Positions 19,886 through 31,018 of a stretch of DNA of 64,000 nt are shown piece after piece (position 1 is the first letter of the stretch; every line of letters begins with the position of its first letter). The stretch lies in the IMG/VR virus record IMGVR_UViG_3300027759_000048. One strand, written 5' to 3'. The translations under genes and the position numbers were made by a program. Under the pieces are notes generated by a model. That model saw only the letters and a program-made list of their open reading frames with translations, was not told the DNA's origin and ran no database searches. The DNA comes from a virus.

Positions 19886-22800
19886 ATGTCAATCAAGATC
19901 ACAACCGGCGGTGGTGACAAGCTAAATGTCACAACCACACCTAAGAATAGAATTACATTAACAACTGGCGGTGGCGGCTCAATGGCCGGTGCGGCTCTTA
20001 TCACTGATCTTCCTCCAATTTGGTACCATGCCAACGGTGCTGCTAACGTAGCAAACTATGCCTACGCTTCATCTAATTCTAATTGGGTTGTTCAAAATCT
20101 AATCTATAGCACAGTTAATGTCAGCTATACAATGGGCAATGCTGCCTATGTTTGCTTGAATGCTGCTTATGGTACTGTCAATGCTGTCTATGCTTCATCT
20201 AATTCCAATTGGCAAGTTCAAAATGTAGTTTACTCTACTGTAAATGCTAACTACGTTATGGCTAATGCGAGTTATGTTGCGCTCAACACGGCATATGATA
20301 CCGTCAACGCCGTATATGCTTCAGGAAACTCTAACTGGGTTGTCCAGAATGCTCTTTATACATTAGCTAATACCATCTATGACTCTTCTGTTTCTAACTG
20401 GACAGTTCAGAATGCAATATATTCAACAGCAAATGCTGCCTATGTTATGGGTAATGCAGCGTATGCCACGATTAATGCTAACTACGCTTCATCTAATTCT
20501 AATTGGGTCGTTCAAAACGCATTATATTCTACCACCAATTCTAACTATGTTATGGGCAATGCCGCATATGCTACTATCAATGCGGTGTATGCTTCATCAA
20601 ACTCAAACTGGACAGTCCAGAACGCAGTATTTGGATTAGCAAACACAATATACGCATCATCCAACTCCAATTGGACTGTGCAGAATGCTCTATTCACACT
20701 AGCAAACACAATCTATGCTTCATCTAATTCAAACTGGACAGTCCAGAACTTAGTATATGCCACAGTCAATGCCAACTATGTCATGGCAAATGCTGGCTAT
20801 ACCACACTAAATGCTGCTTATGACACAGTTAATGCCGTTTACGCATCATCTAACTCTAATTGGACAGTTCAAAACCTAGTTTATGCTACCGTAAATGCTA
20901 ATTATGTTATGGGTAATGCTTCTTACGAGGCACTAAATGCTGCTTATGATACAGTTAATGCCACTTATGCTTCTAGCAACTCTAACTGGGTCGTTCAAAA
21001 CGCTCTTTACGATCTAACAAATACTGTTTATGCTTCATCTAATTCCAATTGGGTTGTCCAAAATGCTGTTTATGACCTTACCAATACCATTTACGCATCA
21101 TCTAACTCTAACTGGGTTGTTCAAAATCTAGTTTACGCTACAGTCAATGCTGCTTATACACTAGCCAATGCTGCTTATTCTAATGCTAACTCACTAGCAA
21201 TTGCTGCTAATGCTTGGTCCAATCATGTTGGTCTATCTGCCAATAGCTATGCTGGCTTTATGGCCAATAGCTCTAACATCTATACCGAAGCAACCTATGT
21301 AAAACTAATCGCACCGTCACAATTGATTGATGGCGACATTGGTATCACTGGTAATCTTACAATCTCAGGTGCTGTAACATACGCCAATACAAGACAGCTA
21401 CAAGTCGGCGATAATATCATCACATTGAATGCTGATTTGCCAATGGATGTGATGGCAATTGATAATGCTGGTCTTGAAGTCAATAGAGGCAATCACAACT
21501 CTAATGCCGCTCTATTGTGGATGGAAGTTGATGGTAAGTGGGCAATCACAGGTAACGTTTCACAAACAATCAATACCTTCATATCATCAAACACTGATCT
21601 CGGTAAAGTATTAGATACAGTCAACGCTAATTATGCCTCTGCCAATTCTAACTGGACTGTCCAGAACTTAGTATATGCCACAGTAAACGCAAACTACGTT
21701 ATGTCTAATGCTGCTTATGTAGCATTGAACTCAGCCTATGATACAGTCAACGCCAATTACGCATCATCAAATTCAAACTGGGTTGTTCAAAATCTAGTAT
21801 ATGCTACTGTTAATGCTTCATACGTTATGGGTAATGCTTCTTATGAGGCACTTAATGCTGCTTACGGAACAGTCAATGCTGTATATGCTTCATCTAATTC
21901 CAACTGGACAGTTCAAAATCTAGTATATGCTACTGTTAATGCCAACTATGTCATGGCAAACGCAGGATACAATACACTCAATGCTGCCTACGATACTGTC
22001 AATGTCACTTATGCTTCTGCCAATTCAAACTGGCAGGTACAGAATGCTATCTACGATTTAACTAACACAGTTTACGCATCAAGCAACTCTAATTGGGTTG
22101 TCCAGAATGCTGTCTATGATTTAGCTAATACAATCTACGCTTCTAGCAATTCCAACTGGACAGTTCAGAACCTAGTTTACGCTACTGTAAATGCCAACTA
22201 TGTTATGGCAAATGCCAACTATGATCTAACGAATGCTGCTTACGCTTCTGGTAATTCCAACTGGCAAGTTCAAAATGCTCTATACGATCTTACCAATACT
22301 GTATATGCTTCTTCCAACTCTAACTGGGTTGTCCAGAATGCTATCTACGATTTAACAAATACAGTTTACGCTTCGTCTAATTCCAATTGGACTGTTCAGA
22401 ATCTCGTATATGCGACAGTAAATGCTTCTTACACACTAGCGAATGCTGCTTATGCTAATGCTAATGCTGTGTCTATTGGAGCAAACACATGGGCTAATAC
22501 AGTCGGTTTATCAGCCAATAGCTATGCTGGCTTTATGGTCAATAGCTCCAATTCATATGCTGATGCAACATATCTAAAACTAACATCACCGTCACAGACA
22601 ATCACTGGTGATCTGTCTATCACTGGTAACGTTTTCTTACTTGGCAATGCAACATCTATTGCTGCTAACAACGTTGTTATCAACGATCCAGTAATCTATC
22701 TTGCTGCTAACAATGATCAAGGCGATGTTTTAGATATTGGTTTTATTGGTAACTATAGCAACGGAACAGCAAATCTTCATACTGGTCTTTATAGAGATCA

Positions 22801-25800
22801 TGCTAATAAGCAGTATTACCTCTTTGTTGAACATGCCGGTCCAGATCCATCAACAACAAACGAACTTATTCCATATGCAAATGGAATGATCAATGCGGTT
22901 CTCAACACTGATCTAATCACAAGCAACATCTATCTTGGCGGCGCTAACGCTATTCATACAATTACTGGCGCCTTTGATAAAGCAAATGCTGCTTATAACA
23001 ATGCTAATGTTGGATTTGCTGCGGCTAATGCTTACTCAAATGCTACTGGTACTGCTGGTAACAACTATGCCTCTATTCTAGCAGCAAACAACGCAGTTGG
23101 AGCTAACAACTGGGCTAATACAGTCGGTATTGCTGGTAATAACTACACCGATCACGTCGGTCTATCTGTCAATATCTATACATCAATACTAGCTGCCAAT
23201 AATGCTGTCGGTGCTAATGCTTGGGCAAATACAGTAGGAACTGCTGGAAACAACTACACAGACCACGTTACTCTTTCTGGTAATACCTACGCTTCTATAC
23301 TAGCTGCTAACAATGCTATTGGTGCTAACAACTGGGCTAACACTGTAGGCACAGCAGGTAATAATTATACTAACTATGTCGGCGCTTCAGCTAACAGCTA
23401 TGCTACTGCGACATACGCTACACTATCAAACGTAGCACAGGTATACCAGACAACAAACATTTCGTTTGATACTGCTAACGCTGCTTATGCCGCTGCTAAC
23501 AATGTGGCTCCACAGGTTACACCATCATACAATACTGCTAACAATGCTTATCTAACAGCAAACGCAGCATTTGGTCATTCCAATCTTACCTATGATGCTG
23601 TCAATTCTGTATTCACTGTAGCCAACGCTGCTTATAACAGTGCTAATGTGGGTCTTGCTTCAGCTAATGCTTGGACAAACACAGTTGGAGCATCTGCTAA
23701 TTCTTATGCTCTTACTACAGCAACCAATATTGGAACTGCTGGTAATAACTATACTAACTATGTTGGCGCATCTGCTAACGCATTCGCTGATGCCACATAC
23801 TATAAGAAGACTGGTGGATTGATCTCTGGTGATGTAGGTATCACTGGTAATCTAACAATCTCTGGCACAACAACATATGCTAACACTCAGCAACTACAGA
23901 TTGGGGATAATATCCTTACTCTTAATGCTGATTTACCAATGTCAGTTATGCCAATTGACAATGCTGGTCTTGAAGTCAATCGTGGTAATCTAAGTTCCAA
24001 TGCTGCTTTACTCTGGATTGAAACCGCTGGACAGTGGAGTATTTCAGGTAATATAGCACAAACAGTTACCACATACATTGCTTCCAATACACTAGTTGAA
24101 CAATATGCCTCTGCTGGTAATGCTTATACACAGCAAGTAGGAGCCGCTGGTAATAACTATACTAACTATGTTGGTGCTTCTGTCAATGCTTATGCTACCG
24201 CTACCTATGCGACACAATCAAATGTTGCTATCATATACAACACATCTAACGTAGCATTTGATACAGCTAACGCCGCTTATGCTTCTGCCAATAACGTAGC
24301 ACCTCAAGTAGAGCCAGCTTTTAGAACTGCTAACAATGCTTATCTAACTGCTAATGCTGCCTTTGCTAAAGCAAACGTTGGTGGAGCTAATGTTGCTTCT
24401 ACACCGCCAACAAGTCCTACAAATGGACAGCTATGGTGGGATACTGTTACTGGTAGATTGTTTATCTATTATAATGATGGTAATACCTCACAGTGGGTAG
24501 AAACAACACCTACACCAGAAATTGATACTGGATATTATCATCTAACAAATGTAGCATTCAATACTGTAAATGTTGCTTATGCTTCTATCAATTCCAATTG
24601 GACAGTAACAAACACTGTTTATGATGTTGCCAATGCCGCATTTGCTTCAGCTAACAATGTTGCTCCTCAGATTCACCCAAGTTATACAACAGCAAATCTA
24701 GCATTCTTTAATAGTAATGCGGCATTCAGACACGCCAACGCAGCATTTGATTCAGCTAACAATGTAGCGCCGCAAGTAACACCTAGCTATAACACAGCTA
24801 ACAATGCTTACAATACTGCCAATGCAGCTTTTGATAAAGCAAACAATGCTCTTGCTAATACAACTGGTGTTACATTTGCCGGCAATCTAAAGTTCTCTGG
24901 TTCAGCAACCGCTAACAATGGATTCTTTTCATTACACGATTACAGAGGTTCATTCTCTGATGGTATCGTAGTTGATTATGTAAACGGTAGAGGTCGTATC
25001 AGTGTCGGTGCTAACGATGCTATGACATTCTACAATGGTGGTGTTGGAACTATACCAATTCTAACATTGTCACAGTATGGCTTCATTGGAATTGGTAATA
25101 CAAATCCAACTTATCCAGTTACCATATCTGGAAACGGCGCACCGATAACCACACTTGCTGGTGCCATCTTCAGTGCAGAGAGTTCAGAAAACGGACCAGT
25201 TCAGCTAAACATTCGCAATGCTGGCACAAGTCCTGCATCATCTGGTGACCTTGTTGTTACCGCTGATGATGGTAATGATGTCAGCAACTTTATCAATTTT
25301 GGTATCAACGGTTCTAACTATGCACAACCTGGTTGGACAATCAATGGTGCAAGAGACGGTTATCTCTATACATCAAATAGCAATCTAGCAATTGGTACTG
25401 CTAACTCAACTGCTCTTAAATCACTATCATTCTTCGTCGGTGGCACACTTGCTGGTAATGAAGTATTACGCATTCAAGATAGTGCAAGCGGTGCCAATAT
25501 CGGTGTCGGTAGAACTGATCCAAATTATAAACTTGATATTGTTGGAACAGTTAATGCTTCTAACATTCTCATCAATGGCGTTCCAATTGGCACAGCTTCG
25601 GTTAAGGTTCAGAACACCGCACCAATTCTTCCTGCTGGCGGTAATCTGTGGTGGGATAATGATTCAGGTAAACTTTATATCTACTACATTGATCAAGATT
25701 CGGCGCAATGGGTTGAGGCTGCTCCAGAAGCACCTGGTATTGATCTTAGTATTCTAATACCAACTAATCAGTTGGCCAACGCAGCTTATAATACTGCTAA

Positions 25801-26287
25801 TGCTGCCTTTGATAAAGCTAATAATAGTGGTGCTAATGTAGGACAAACTGCTCCTACTGTTGATCTCACAGTCGGTAAACTTTGGTGGAACTCTGACCTT
25901 GGTAAGATGTTCGTTTACTATACTGATCCAGCGAATACAAGTTCATGGGTTGAAATATCACCTTCTGTATCATCAATTGAAGGCGCTATCGTTACAGGTT
26001 ATATCAATCCTGTTTATGATGTTGCTAATGCTGCTTTCGATGCTACTAACAATAAGGTACAAATCAGTAGTATTGCGCCTGTCAATCCAACAGCAGGAAC
26101 ATTGTGGTGGAATAAAGATTATGGTAGATTACTTGTTTACTATACAGATGTGGATTCATCTCAGTGGGTTGATACATCACCATCCTACGACACATCACCT
26201 ATATATAATACAGCGAACGCCGCATACGATAAAGCGAATAGTGGATCATCATTGTCACTTGCTTATGCTGTAGCACTTGGAATGTAA
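19886..26287 (+). CDS. Giant fiber/scaffold protein (2133 aa): heptad arrays, knob domains and four 'WW..YY.D..WV' modules
   Basis: About 21 YASSNSNWxVQN repeats; duplicated GDIGITGNLTISG..GDNI.TLNADLP knob; GIGNTNP fiber motifs; C-terminal AYAVALGM. Confidence 0.85.
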   Translation: MSIKITTGGGDKLNVTTTPKNRITLTTGGGGSMAGAALITDLPPIWYHANGAANVANYAYASSNSNWVVQNLIYSTVNVSYTMGNAAYVCLNAAYGTVNAVYASSNSNWQVQNVVYSTVNANYVMANASYVALNTAYDTVNAVYASGNSNWVVQNALYTLANTIYDSSVSNWTVQNAIYSTANAAYVMGNAAYATINANYASSNSNWVVQNALYSTTNSNYVMGNAAYATINAVYASSNSNWTVQNAVFGLANTIYASSNSNWTVQNALFTLANTIYASSNSNWTVQNLVYATVNANYVMANAGYTTLNAAYDTVNAVYASSNSNWTVQNLVYATVNANYVMGNASYEALNAAYDTVNATYASSNSNWVVQNALYDLTNTVYASSNSNWVVQNAVYDLTNTIYASSNSNWVVQNLVYATVNAAYTLANAAYSNANSLAIAANAWSNHVGLSANSYAGFMANSSNIYTEATYVKLIAPSQLIDGDIGITGNLTISGAVTYANTRQLQVGDNIITLNADLPMDVMAIDNAGLEVNRGNHNSNAALLWMEVDGKWAITGNVSQTINTFISSNTDLGKVLDTVNANYASANSNWTVQNLVYATVNANYVMSNAAYVALNSAYDTVNANYASSNSNWVVQNLVYATVNASYVMGNASYEALNAAYGTVNAVYASSNSNWTVQNLVYATVNANYVMANAGYNTLNAAYDTVNVTYASANSNWQVQNAIYDLTNTVYASSNSNWVVQNAVYDLANTIYASSNSNWTVQNLVYATVNANYVMANANYDLTNAAYASGNSNWQVQNALYDLTNTVYASSNSNWVVQNAIYDLTNTVYASSNSNWTVQNLVYATVNASYTLANAAYANANAVSIGANTWANTVGLSANSYAGFMVNSSNSYADATYLKLTSPSQTITGDLSITGNVFLLGNATSIAANNVVINDPVIYLAANNDQGDVLDIGFIGNYSNGTANLHTGLYRDHANKQYYLFVEHAGPDPSTTNELIPYANGMINAVLNTDLITSNIYLGGANAIHTITGAFDKANAAYNNANVGFAAANAYSNATGTAGNNYASILAANNAVGANNWANTVGIAGNNYTDHVGLSVNIYTSILAANNAVGANAWANTVGTAGNNYTDHVTLSGNTYASILAANNAIGANNWANTVGTAGNNYTNYVGASANSYATATYATLSNVAQVYQTTNISFDTANAAYAAANNVAPQVTPSYNTANNAYLTANAAFGHSNLTYDAVNSVFTVANAAYNSANVGLASANAWTNTVGASANSYALTTATNIGTAGNNYTNYVGASANAFADATYYKKTGGLISGDVGITGNLTISGTTTYANTQQLQIGDNILTLNADLPMSVMPIDNAGLEVNRGNLSSNAALLWIETAGQWSISGNIAQTVTTYIASNTLVEQYASAGNAYTQQVGAAGNNYTNYVGASVNAYATATYATQSNVAIIYNTSNVAFDTANAAYASANNVAPQVEPAFRTANNAYLTANAAFAKANVGGANVASTPPTSPTNGQLWWDTVTGRLFIYYNDGNTSQWVETTPTPEIDTGYYHLTNVAFNTVNVAYASINSNWTVTNTVYDVANAAFASANNVAPQIHPSYTTANLAFFNSNAAFRHANAAFDSANNVAPQVTPSYNTANNAYNTANAAFDKANNALANTTGVTFAGNLKFSGSATANNGFFSLHDYRGSFSDGIVVDYVNGRGRISVGANDAMTFYNGGVGTIPILTLSQYGFIGIGNTNPTYPVTISGNGAPITTLAGAIFSAESSENGPVQLNIRNAGTSPASSGDLVVTADDGNDVSNFINFGINGSNYAQPGWTINGARDGYLYTSNSNLAIGTANSTALKSLSFFVGGTLAGNEVLRIQDSASGANIGVGRTDPNYKLDIVGTVNASNILINGVPIGTASVKVQNTAPILPAGGNLWWDNDSGKLYIYYIDQDSAQWVEAAPEAPGIDLSILIPTNQLANAAYNTANAAFDKANNSGANVGQTAPTVDLTVGKLWWNSDLGKMFVYYTDPANTSSWVEISPSVSSIEGAIVTGYINPVYDVANAAFDATNNKVQISSIAPVNPTAGTLWWNKDYGRLLVYYTDVDSSQWVDTSPSYDTSPIYNTANAAYDKANSGSSLSLAYAVALGM
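20050..22470 (+). repeat. Two coding tandem arrays (about 12 + 9 units of 21, 35 or 42 aa) with heptad pattern aromatic-x-x-x-N-x-x
   Basis: Read from the translation; DNA copies differ at synonymous positions; boundaries approximate. Confidence 0.9.
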
Positions 26288-26296
26288 GGAACCAAA

Positions 26297-29239
26297 ATGG
26301 CAAAGAAGTTAATTAAATCATATGTTTTCACACCGGGAGCGGCGGGAGTGGGATCCGTTGTTATTCCAGGCAAGGTGTCTATTGAAGATTTGTTGCTAGT
26401 TACTAACGTAACAAGAAACGTCATTATCTATAACTTCGGTGCTCCTGAATTTATTGGAACAACAGTTGTCTATACTGCCGCTGATACTGCTTTGTTCACA
26501 AATCTTCTTCAGAAAGAAGCTGGTTATACAACTATTACTCTTGCTTACAATACATCAACCCATAGTGCTACAGACAAACTACAAGTATTCGTAGAAGATT
26601 CAAAAGACGGTGTTAAGATTAGACCATGGGCATTTGGTACTGACGCCATTGAACGTATTCGTGTAGCAAATCCACAGTCAATGATTGACGCCGACTTTGA
26701 ATACGGTCTACAGCCTACGAAGTGGGCAGGTTACGGCACAATTCGTGGTTATCCTTCAACATACGAATTGCCAGGTATCGATCTAACAGTAACCACAGTT
26801 ACCACAGACTTCAATGCTACAAGTTCAACAAACAGTGTAATTACAGCAACATTCGATTCTGCTCATGGTATGGTCGCAGGTCAAGTTATTTGTATGACAA
26901 GTTTGAATCCTGCTGTTGTTGGTTTCAGTAGAGCGGCAGGTAACTTTATCATCAACTCAGTGCCATCTTCTACATCCGTCACATACTTTGCTAAAGGTAT
27001 TGTAGGAACATTCAACGGTCAAAATTTGTTTATCACCTCTACACTAGCAAAAAGAGGTGCTCTCTACTCGGTATCAGAAATCGTTGTTAAAGATGCCACA
27101 TCATCTGGTGCGATTCCTTCTGTTATGACGATCAATTTTAATGCTCCTCATGGACTTCTACCAGGTACACAGATATATGCTAACGTTGGATCTGGTAACT
27201 ATGCCAACCTAGCAACTGGTCCGTTTGTTATTACAAGCGTACCGTCACAAAACTCTTTCATCTATACTGCCAGAACAGGAGCAGCAGTTGCTTCTCCAGC
27301 TTTGATGAATGTTTATGCGTTCAACTCATCATCTATTGTCCATCGACCACAAGACGGTGGTGTTGTTCTTGAAACAGGAACACCGACATATGGTGCTGTC
27401 GCAGTTCGTCAGACTAAAAAGTATTTCCGTTATCAATCTGGTAAAGGTTATTTCTGGTCAACTGGTACATTGTTTAAACCAAACTATGACGTTCAATCTA
27501 TTACCTCCAGTGGTCTAGGCATTGGTTCTACTGTAACAGTAACCACAGATAATATCGATCATGGTTTACAACCTGGTGCGATTATTAGATTAAACAGTGT
27601 ATTGACATCTGGTTATAACGGAACATATACCGTCACTAGTATCGTAAGTGACTATTCTTTCACCTTTACTGCTACACAAAATCTTGGTGCCACTAGTGCG
27701 GTGCTTGATATTGATTGTAGAGTTTATATTGACAGATGGACTGGCGCTTGTGTTAGAGCCGGTATGTTTGACGATCAGAACGGTATTTTCTGGGAGTTCG
27801 ATGGTAATAGACTTTATGTGGTTAGAAGATCATCCACGGCACAGGTTACTGGTACAGTTTCAGCAACATTAAACAGCAGTCTTATTACAGGAACAAGCAC
27901 AAGATTTACTCAGCAACTTAAAGCTGGTGATAAGGTCATGATTAGAGGTATGACACACTTTATTTCATATGTTGCGGATGATATAACCGCATACATTACA
28001 CCAGATTATCGTGGTGTTACTGCTACAGGTATTAAAGCAAGTATGATTAGAGAGTTGAGAATTCCTCAGAATGAATTTAACGTTGATACTATCGACGGTA
28101 ACGGTCCTAGTGGATACAACATCGATCTAAACAAAATGCAGATGATGGCTATTCAGTTCTCATGGTACGGCGCTGGCTTCATTGATTACATGGTTCGTGG
28201 TTCAGATGGTAACTTCTTAACAGCACATCGTATCAAAAACAATAACGTCAATGACGAATCCTATATGCGTTCTGGTAACTTGCCTGTTCGTTATTCTATC
28301 GAGAATGACTGTCCAGTTAGTTTCTTGACTACTGCTATGAATGCTACACAGAATACTATTCCAATCAAAGAAACTAAGTTCTTTCCTAATACGGGCATCG
28401 TTTATATTGACAATGAAATCATTAGTTATAATGGTAAGAGCACTACATCTGGTACAGGTAATCTGACGAATGCTGTTAGAAACTTTACTATGTCACAGTA
28501 TCAATCCGGATCATCATATAATCTAACAGCGGGAGCTAACGTTGCTCACTCAGCCGCTAACGGCGTTATTATGATTCAGACAACTTGTAGTCCGACACTC
28601 AATCACTGGGGTTCTGCTCTTATTCTTGACGGTGGGTTTGACTCGGAACGTGGTTACATCTTCAACTATCAAAGAATTAACATGCCGCTTACAACTACAG
28701 CGCAGACGGCGTTCGTTATTCGTCTTGCTCCATCAGTTGAAAACTCACAGATTGGTCCATTGGGTTCTAAGACATTGCTCAATCGTTCTCAGTTGCTACT
28801 AGAAGAAGTCGGTGTTGCTGTCTCCGGCGGTTCATCATCACCTTTAGTTGGTAACATTATTATTGAAGGTATTCTCAATCCTAAGAACTTTAGTAATGCT
28901 ACATGGACAGCATTGAACACAGAGTCCGTGGGTGGACAGCCAAGTTTCGCTCAGGTTTCTCAGACTGTTATTTGGTCAACTATCGGTGCTGGTCCATCTT
29001 CTGGTGTTCAGTATGCTATTCCTGGTGAGCAGGTGTTCGCTTTCGCTGGTCAGGCAACTACATCAGGCGCTGTTAGTGATCGTCTTGACATCGGTAAACT
29101 AAAAGAGTTGACGGGTGCTCCACTTGGTGGTGACTTTAAGTATCCTGACGGCTCTGATATTCTAGCAATCAATATTAGAACGACATCAGGTACAGCGAAC
29201 GCCGCACTTGTTTTGCGATGGTCAGAAGCACAGGCATAA
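26297..29239 (+). CDS. Large virion structural/fiber-associated protein
   Basis: MAKKLIKSYVFTP start; PQSMIDADFEYGLQPTKW; RQTKKYFRYQSGKG; FSWYGAG; HG-initiated beta repeats. Confidence 0.75.
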   Translation: MAKKLIKSYVFTPGAAGVGSVVIPGKVSIEDLLLVTNVTRNVIIYNFGAPEFIGTTVVYTAADTALFTNLLQKEAGYTTITLAYNTSTHSATDKLQVFVEDSKDGVKIRPWAFGTDAIERIRVANPQSMIDADFEYGLQPTKWAGYGTIRGYPSTYELPGIDLTVTTVTTDFNATSSTNSVITATFDSAHGMVAGQVICMTSLNPAVVGFSRAAGNFIINSVPSSTSVTYFAKGIVGTFNGQNLFITSTLAKRGALYSVSEIVVKDATSSGAIPSVMTINFNAPHGLLPGTQIYANVGSGNYANLATGPFVITSVPSQNSFIYTARTGAAVASPALMNVYAFNSSSIVHRPQDGGVVLETGTPTYGAVAVRQTKKYFRYQSGKGYFWSTGTLFKPNYDVQSITSSGLGIGSTVTVTTDNIDHGLQPGAIIRLNSVLTSGYNGTYTVTSIVSDYSFTFTATQNLGATSAVLDIDCRVYIDRWTGACVRAGMFDDQNGIFWEFDGNRLYVVRRSSTAQVTGTVSATLNSSLITGTSTRFTQQLKAGDKVMIRGMTHFISYVADDITAYITPDYRGVTATGIKASMIRELRIPQNEFNVDTIDGNGPSGYNIDLNKMQMMAIQFSWYGAGFIDYMVRGSDGNFLTAHRIKNNNVNDESYMRSGNLPVRYSIENDCPVSFLTTAMNATQNTIPIKETKFFPNTGIVYIDNEIISYNGKSTTSGTGNLTNAVRNFTMSQYQSGSSYNLTAGANVAHSAANGVIMIQTTCSPTLNHWGSALILDGGFDSERGYIFNYQRINMPLTTTAQTAFVIRLAPSVENSQIGPLGSKTLLNRSQLLLEEVGVAVSGGSSSPLVGNIIIEGILNPKNFSNATWTALNTESVGGQPSFAQVSQTVIWSTIGAGPSSGVQYAIPGEQVFAFAGQATTSGAVSDRLDIGKLKELTGAPLGGDFKYPDGSDILAINIRTTSGTANAALVLRWSEAQA

Positions 29240-29248
29240 AGGAAGAAA

Positions 29249-29998
29249 ATGGCAGCTTTAGACTTTCCAGTATCACCAGCTAATAATCAGATATACACTC
29301 TTAATGGAGTTCAGTATTACTATAATGGTGATATTGGTGCTTGGCTAACTAATCTAATTACCAATCCAGTCAATGCGAATACGACTAATACACAGATACT
29401 ATTCAATGATGCTGGCTATACTAACGGTTCAATTGGATTAGTTTTCAATAAGTATTCCAATACATTTACGACTGGTAGCATTGTTGCTTCAGGTAATATC
29501 TGGGCTACTGGTAATGTCACTGTTTCTGGTAATGTCACTTCCAATGGTATCATATCAACATTAGATAAGATTGGTGTTGGTACTACTGGTCTAGCTGTAA
29601 ATCAAAAGTTTCTGGTATATGGTGGACGTTCGGGTCTAATAGCAAATGCCGAGACATACTCAATTGGTGTCAGATATTCAATAGCGGCGGGCAACGATTA
29701 CTATTACATCGGAGCAACATCAGGAGCATCACCAAATCTAGTTTTCTCGAATGCTGGTGGTGCTGAAAGAGTTAGAATTTCTACTGATGGTAACGTTGGT
29801 ATTGGTAATACAAACCCAAGTCTAAAGCTAGAGGTTGCTGGCAATATGTCAGTAGATGCTTTCGTTGAATGCTCTGCTAACATCTCAACAAGCTATACAA
29901 TCACTGAAGGTCGTAACGCTATGTCGGCTGGACCTATCACACTAAATAGTGGTGTAACAGTAACAGTTCCATCAGGTTCAACCTGGACAGTAGTGTAA
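29249..29998 (+). CDS. Fiber adaptor 1 (plug N-terminus; C-terminal AGPITL..VTVPSGSTWTVV module)
   Basis: MAALDFPVSPANNQIY; ERVRISTDGNVGIGNTNP. Confidence 0.75.
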   Translation: MAALDFPVSPANNQIYTLNGVQYYYNGDIGAWLTNLITNPVNANTTNTQILFNDAGYTNGSIGLVFNKYSNTFTTGSIVASGNIWATGNVTVSGNVTSNGIISTLDKIGVGTTGLAVNQKFLVYGGRSGLIANAETYSIGVRYSIAAGNDYYYIGATSGASPNLVFSNAGGAERVRISTDGNVGIGNTNPSLKLEVAGNMSVDAFVECSANISTSYTITEGRNAMSAGPITLNSGVTVTVPSGSTWTVV

Positions 29999-30008
29999 GG
30001 AAAGATAG

Positions 30009-30713
30009 ATGCCTGTTAGTATTAGTGGATCTGGACTAATTACCGGTCTCTCTTCTGGTGGTATTGCAAATGGATCAATATCAGCCAGTGCGTTGGATTC
30101 TTCGGTCCCGCTTGGATTAAAGTCAATTCAAATTTTTGAAACTGCTGGAAATTTTACATGGACAAGACCTGCTGGCATAAAAAGAATTAGAGTTTATGTG
30201 ACTGGTGGTGGAGCAGGTGGCGGTTCACATAACCAAGACGATGCTCAAGGTGGTGGCGGAGCCGGTGGCACAGCAATCAAATTAATTGATGTTAGTTCTG
30301 TTTCATCTGTCGCTGTTACCATTGGTTCTGGTGGTACAGGATCAGTAGGCAACACAAATACAGGCGGATCCGACGGCGGAACATCATCATTTGGTGCATA
30401 TTGTACCGCAACAGGAGGTTCAAGACCTGTAAACTGGGCGGGCGGCGGTCGTGGTGGTTCTGCTAGTGGAGGTGATATAAACTTATACGGTGCAGATGGT
30501 CACGGAGGCAATATCGACGGCGGCGGTAATGAAGAAACAGGTGGTAATGGAGGCAACTCTTTTTGGGGAGGCTCTGGAGCTGGCGGATCATACTGGATTG
30601 CTCGTGGAACATCAAGAGGATGGGGTTGTGGTGGTGCAGGCACTCACGCCACTTCAAGCGATTCTGGTTCAAATGGTGTGTCTGGAGTTGTTGTTGTGGA
30701 GGAATACTATTAA
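30009..30713 (+). CDS. Glycine-rich tip protein
   Basis: FTWTRPAGIKRIRVYVTGGGAGGG...GVVVVEEY. Confidence 0.75.
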   Translation: MPVSISGSGLITGLSSGGIANGSISASALDSSVPLGLKSIQIFETAGNFTWTRPAGIKRIRVYVTGGGAGGGSHNQDDAQGGGGAGGTAIKLIDVSSVSSVAVTIGSGGTGSVGNTNTGGSDGGTSSFGAYCTATGGSRPVNWAGGGRGGSASGGDINLYGADGHGGNIDGGGNEETGGNGGNSFWGGSGAGGSYWIARGTSRGWGCGGAGTHATSSDSGSNGVSGVVVVEEYY

Positions 30714-31018
30714 TGAAAGCGTTAATATTTGACAATGTGGTAGTAGACCTAGCTCCCACTGAATTTGAAGTTCACAATAATCTATATTGGATTGATGCTG
30801 ACGAAAATGTTAAGGTGGGATGGAAATTAGTTAATGGTAATTTAGTTGAACCAGCACAACCAAATTACAACTATAAGCAGCTAAGAAGTTTATCATATCC
30901 ACAAATGATAGATTTTATTGACGCATACTACTGGGCTCAAAAGGGTGATAGCACAAAGATGGACGAATATATTGCTAAGTGTGACGCTGTTAAAGAAAAG
31001 TATCCAAAGGGTGAATAA
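30713..31018 (+). CDS. Tail-fiber assembly chaperone-like protein
   Basis: Likely start is the ATG in the TAATG overlap at 30713; YKQLR..SYP...D...VKEKYPK C-terminus is shared with 36505..36804. Confidence 0.7.
   Translation: MKALIFDNVVVDLAPTEFEVHNNLYWIDADENVKVGWKLVNGNLVEPAQPNYNYKQLRSLSYPQMIDFIDAYYWAQKGDSTKMDEYIAKCDAVKEKYPKGE

Noticed and set aside
20050-22470. Repeat array as a CRISPR or non-coding repeat
   Set aside because: In-frame coding repeats with synonymous variation; no invariant DNA repeat with unique spacers; no cas genes
30563-30712. Extended start of the 30563..31018 ORF
   Set aside because: Overlaps the upstream gene off-frame; the TAATG-coupled ATG at 30713 fits better
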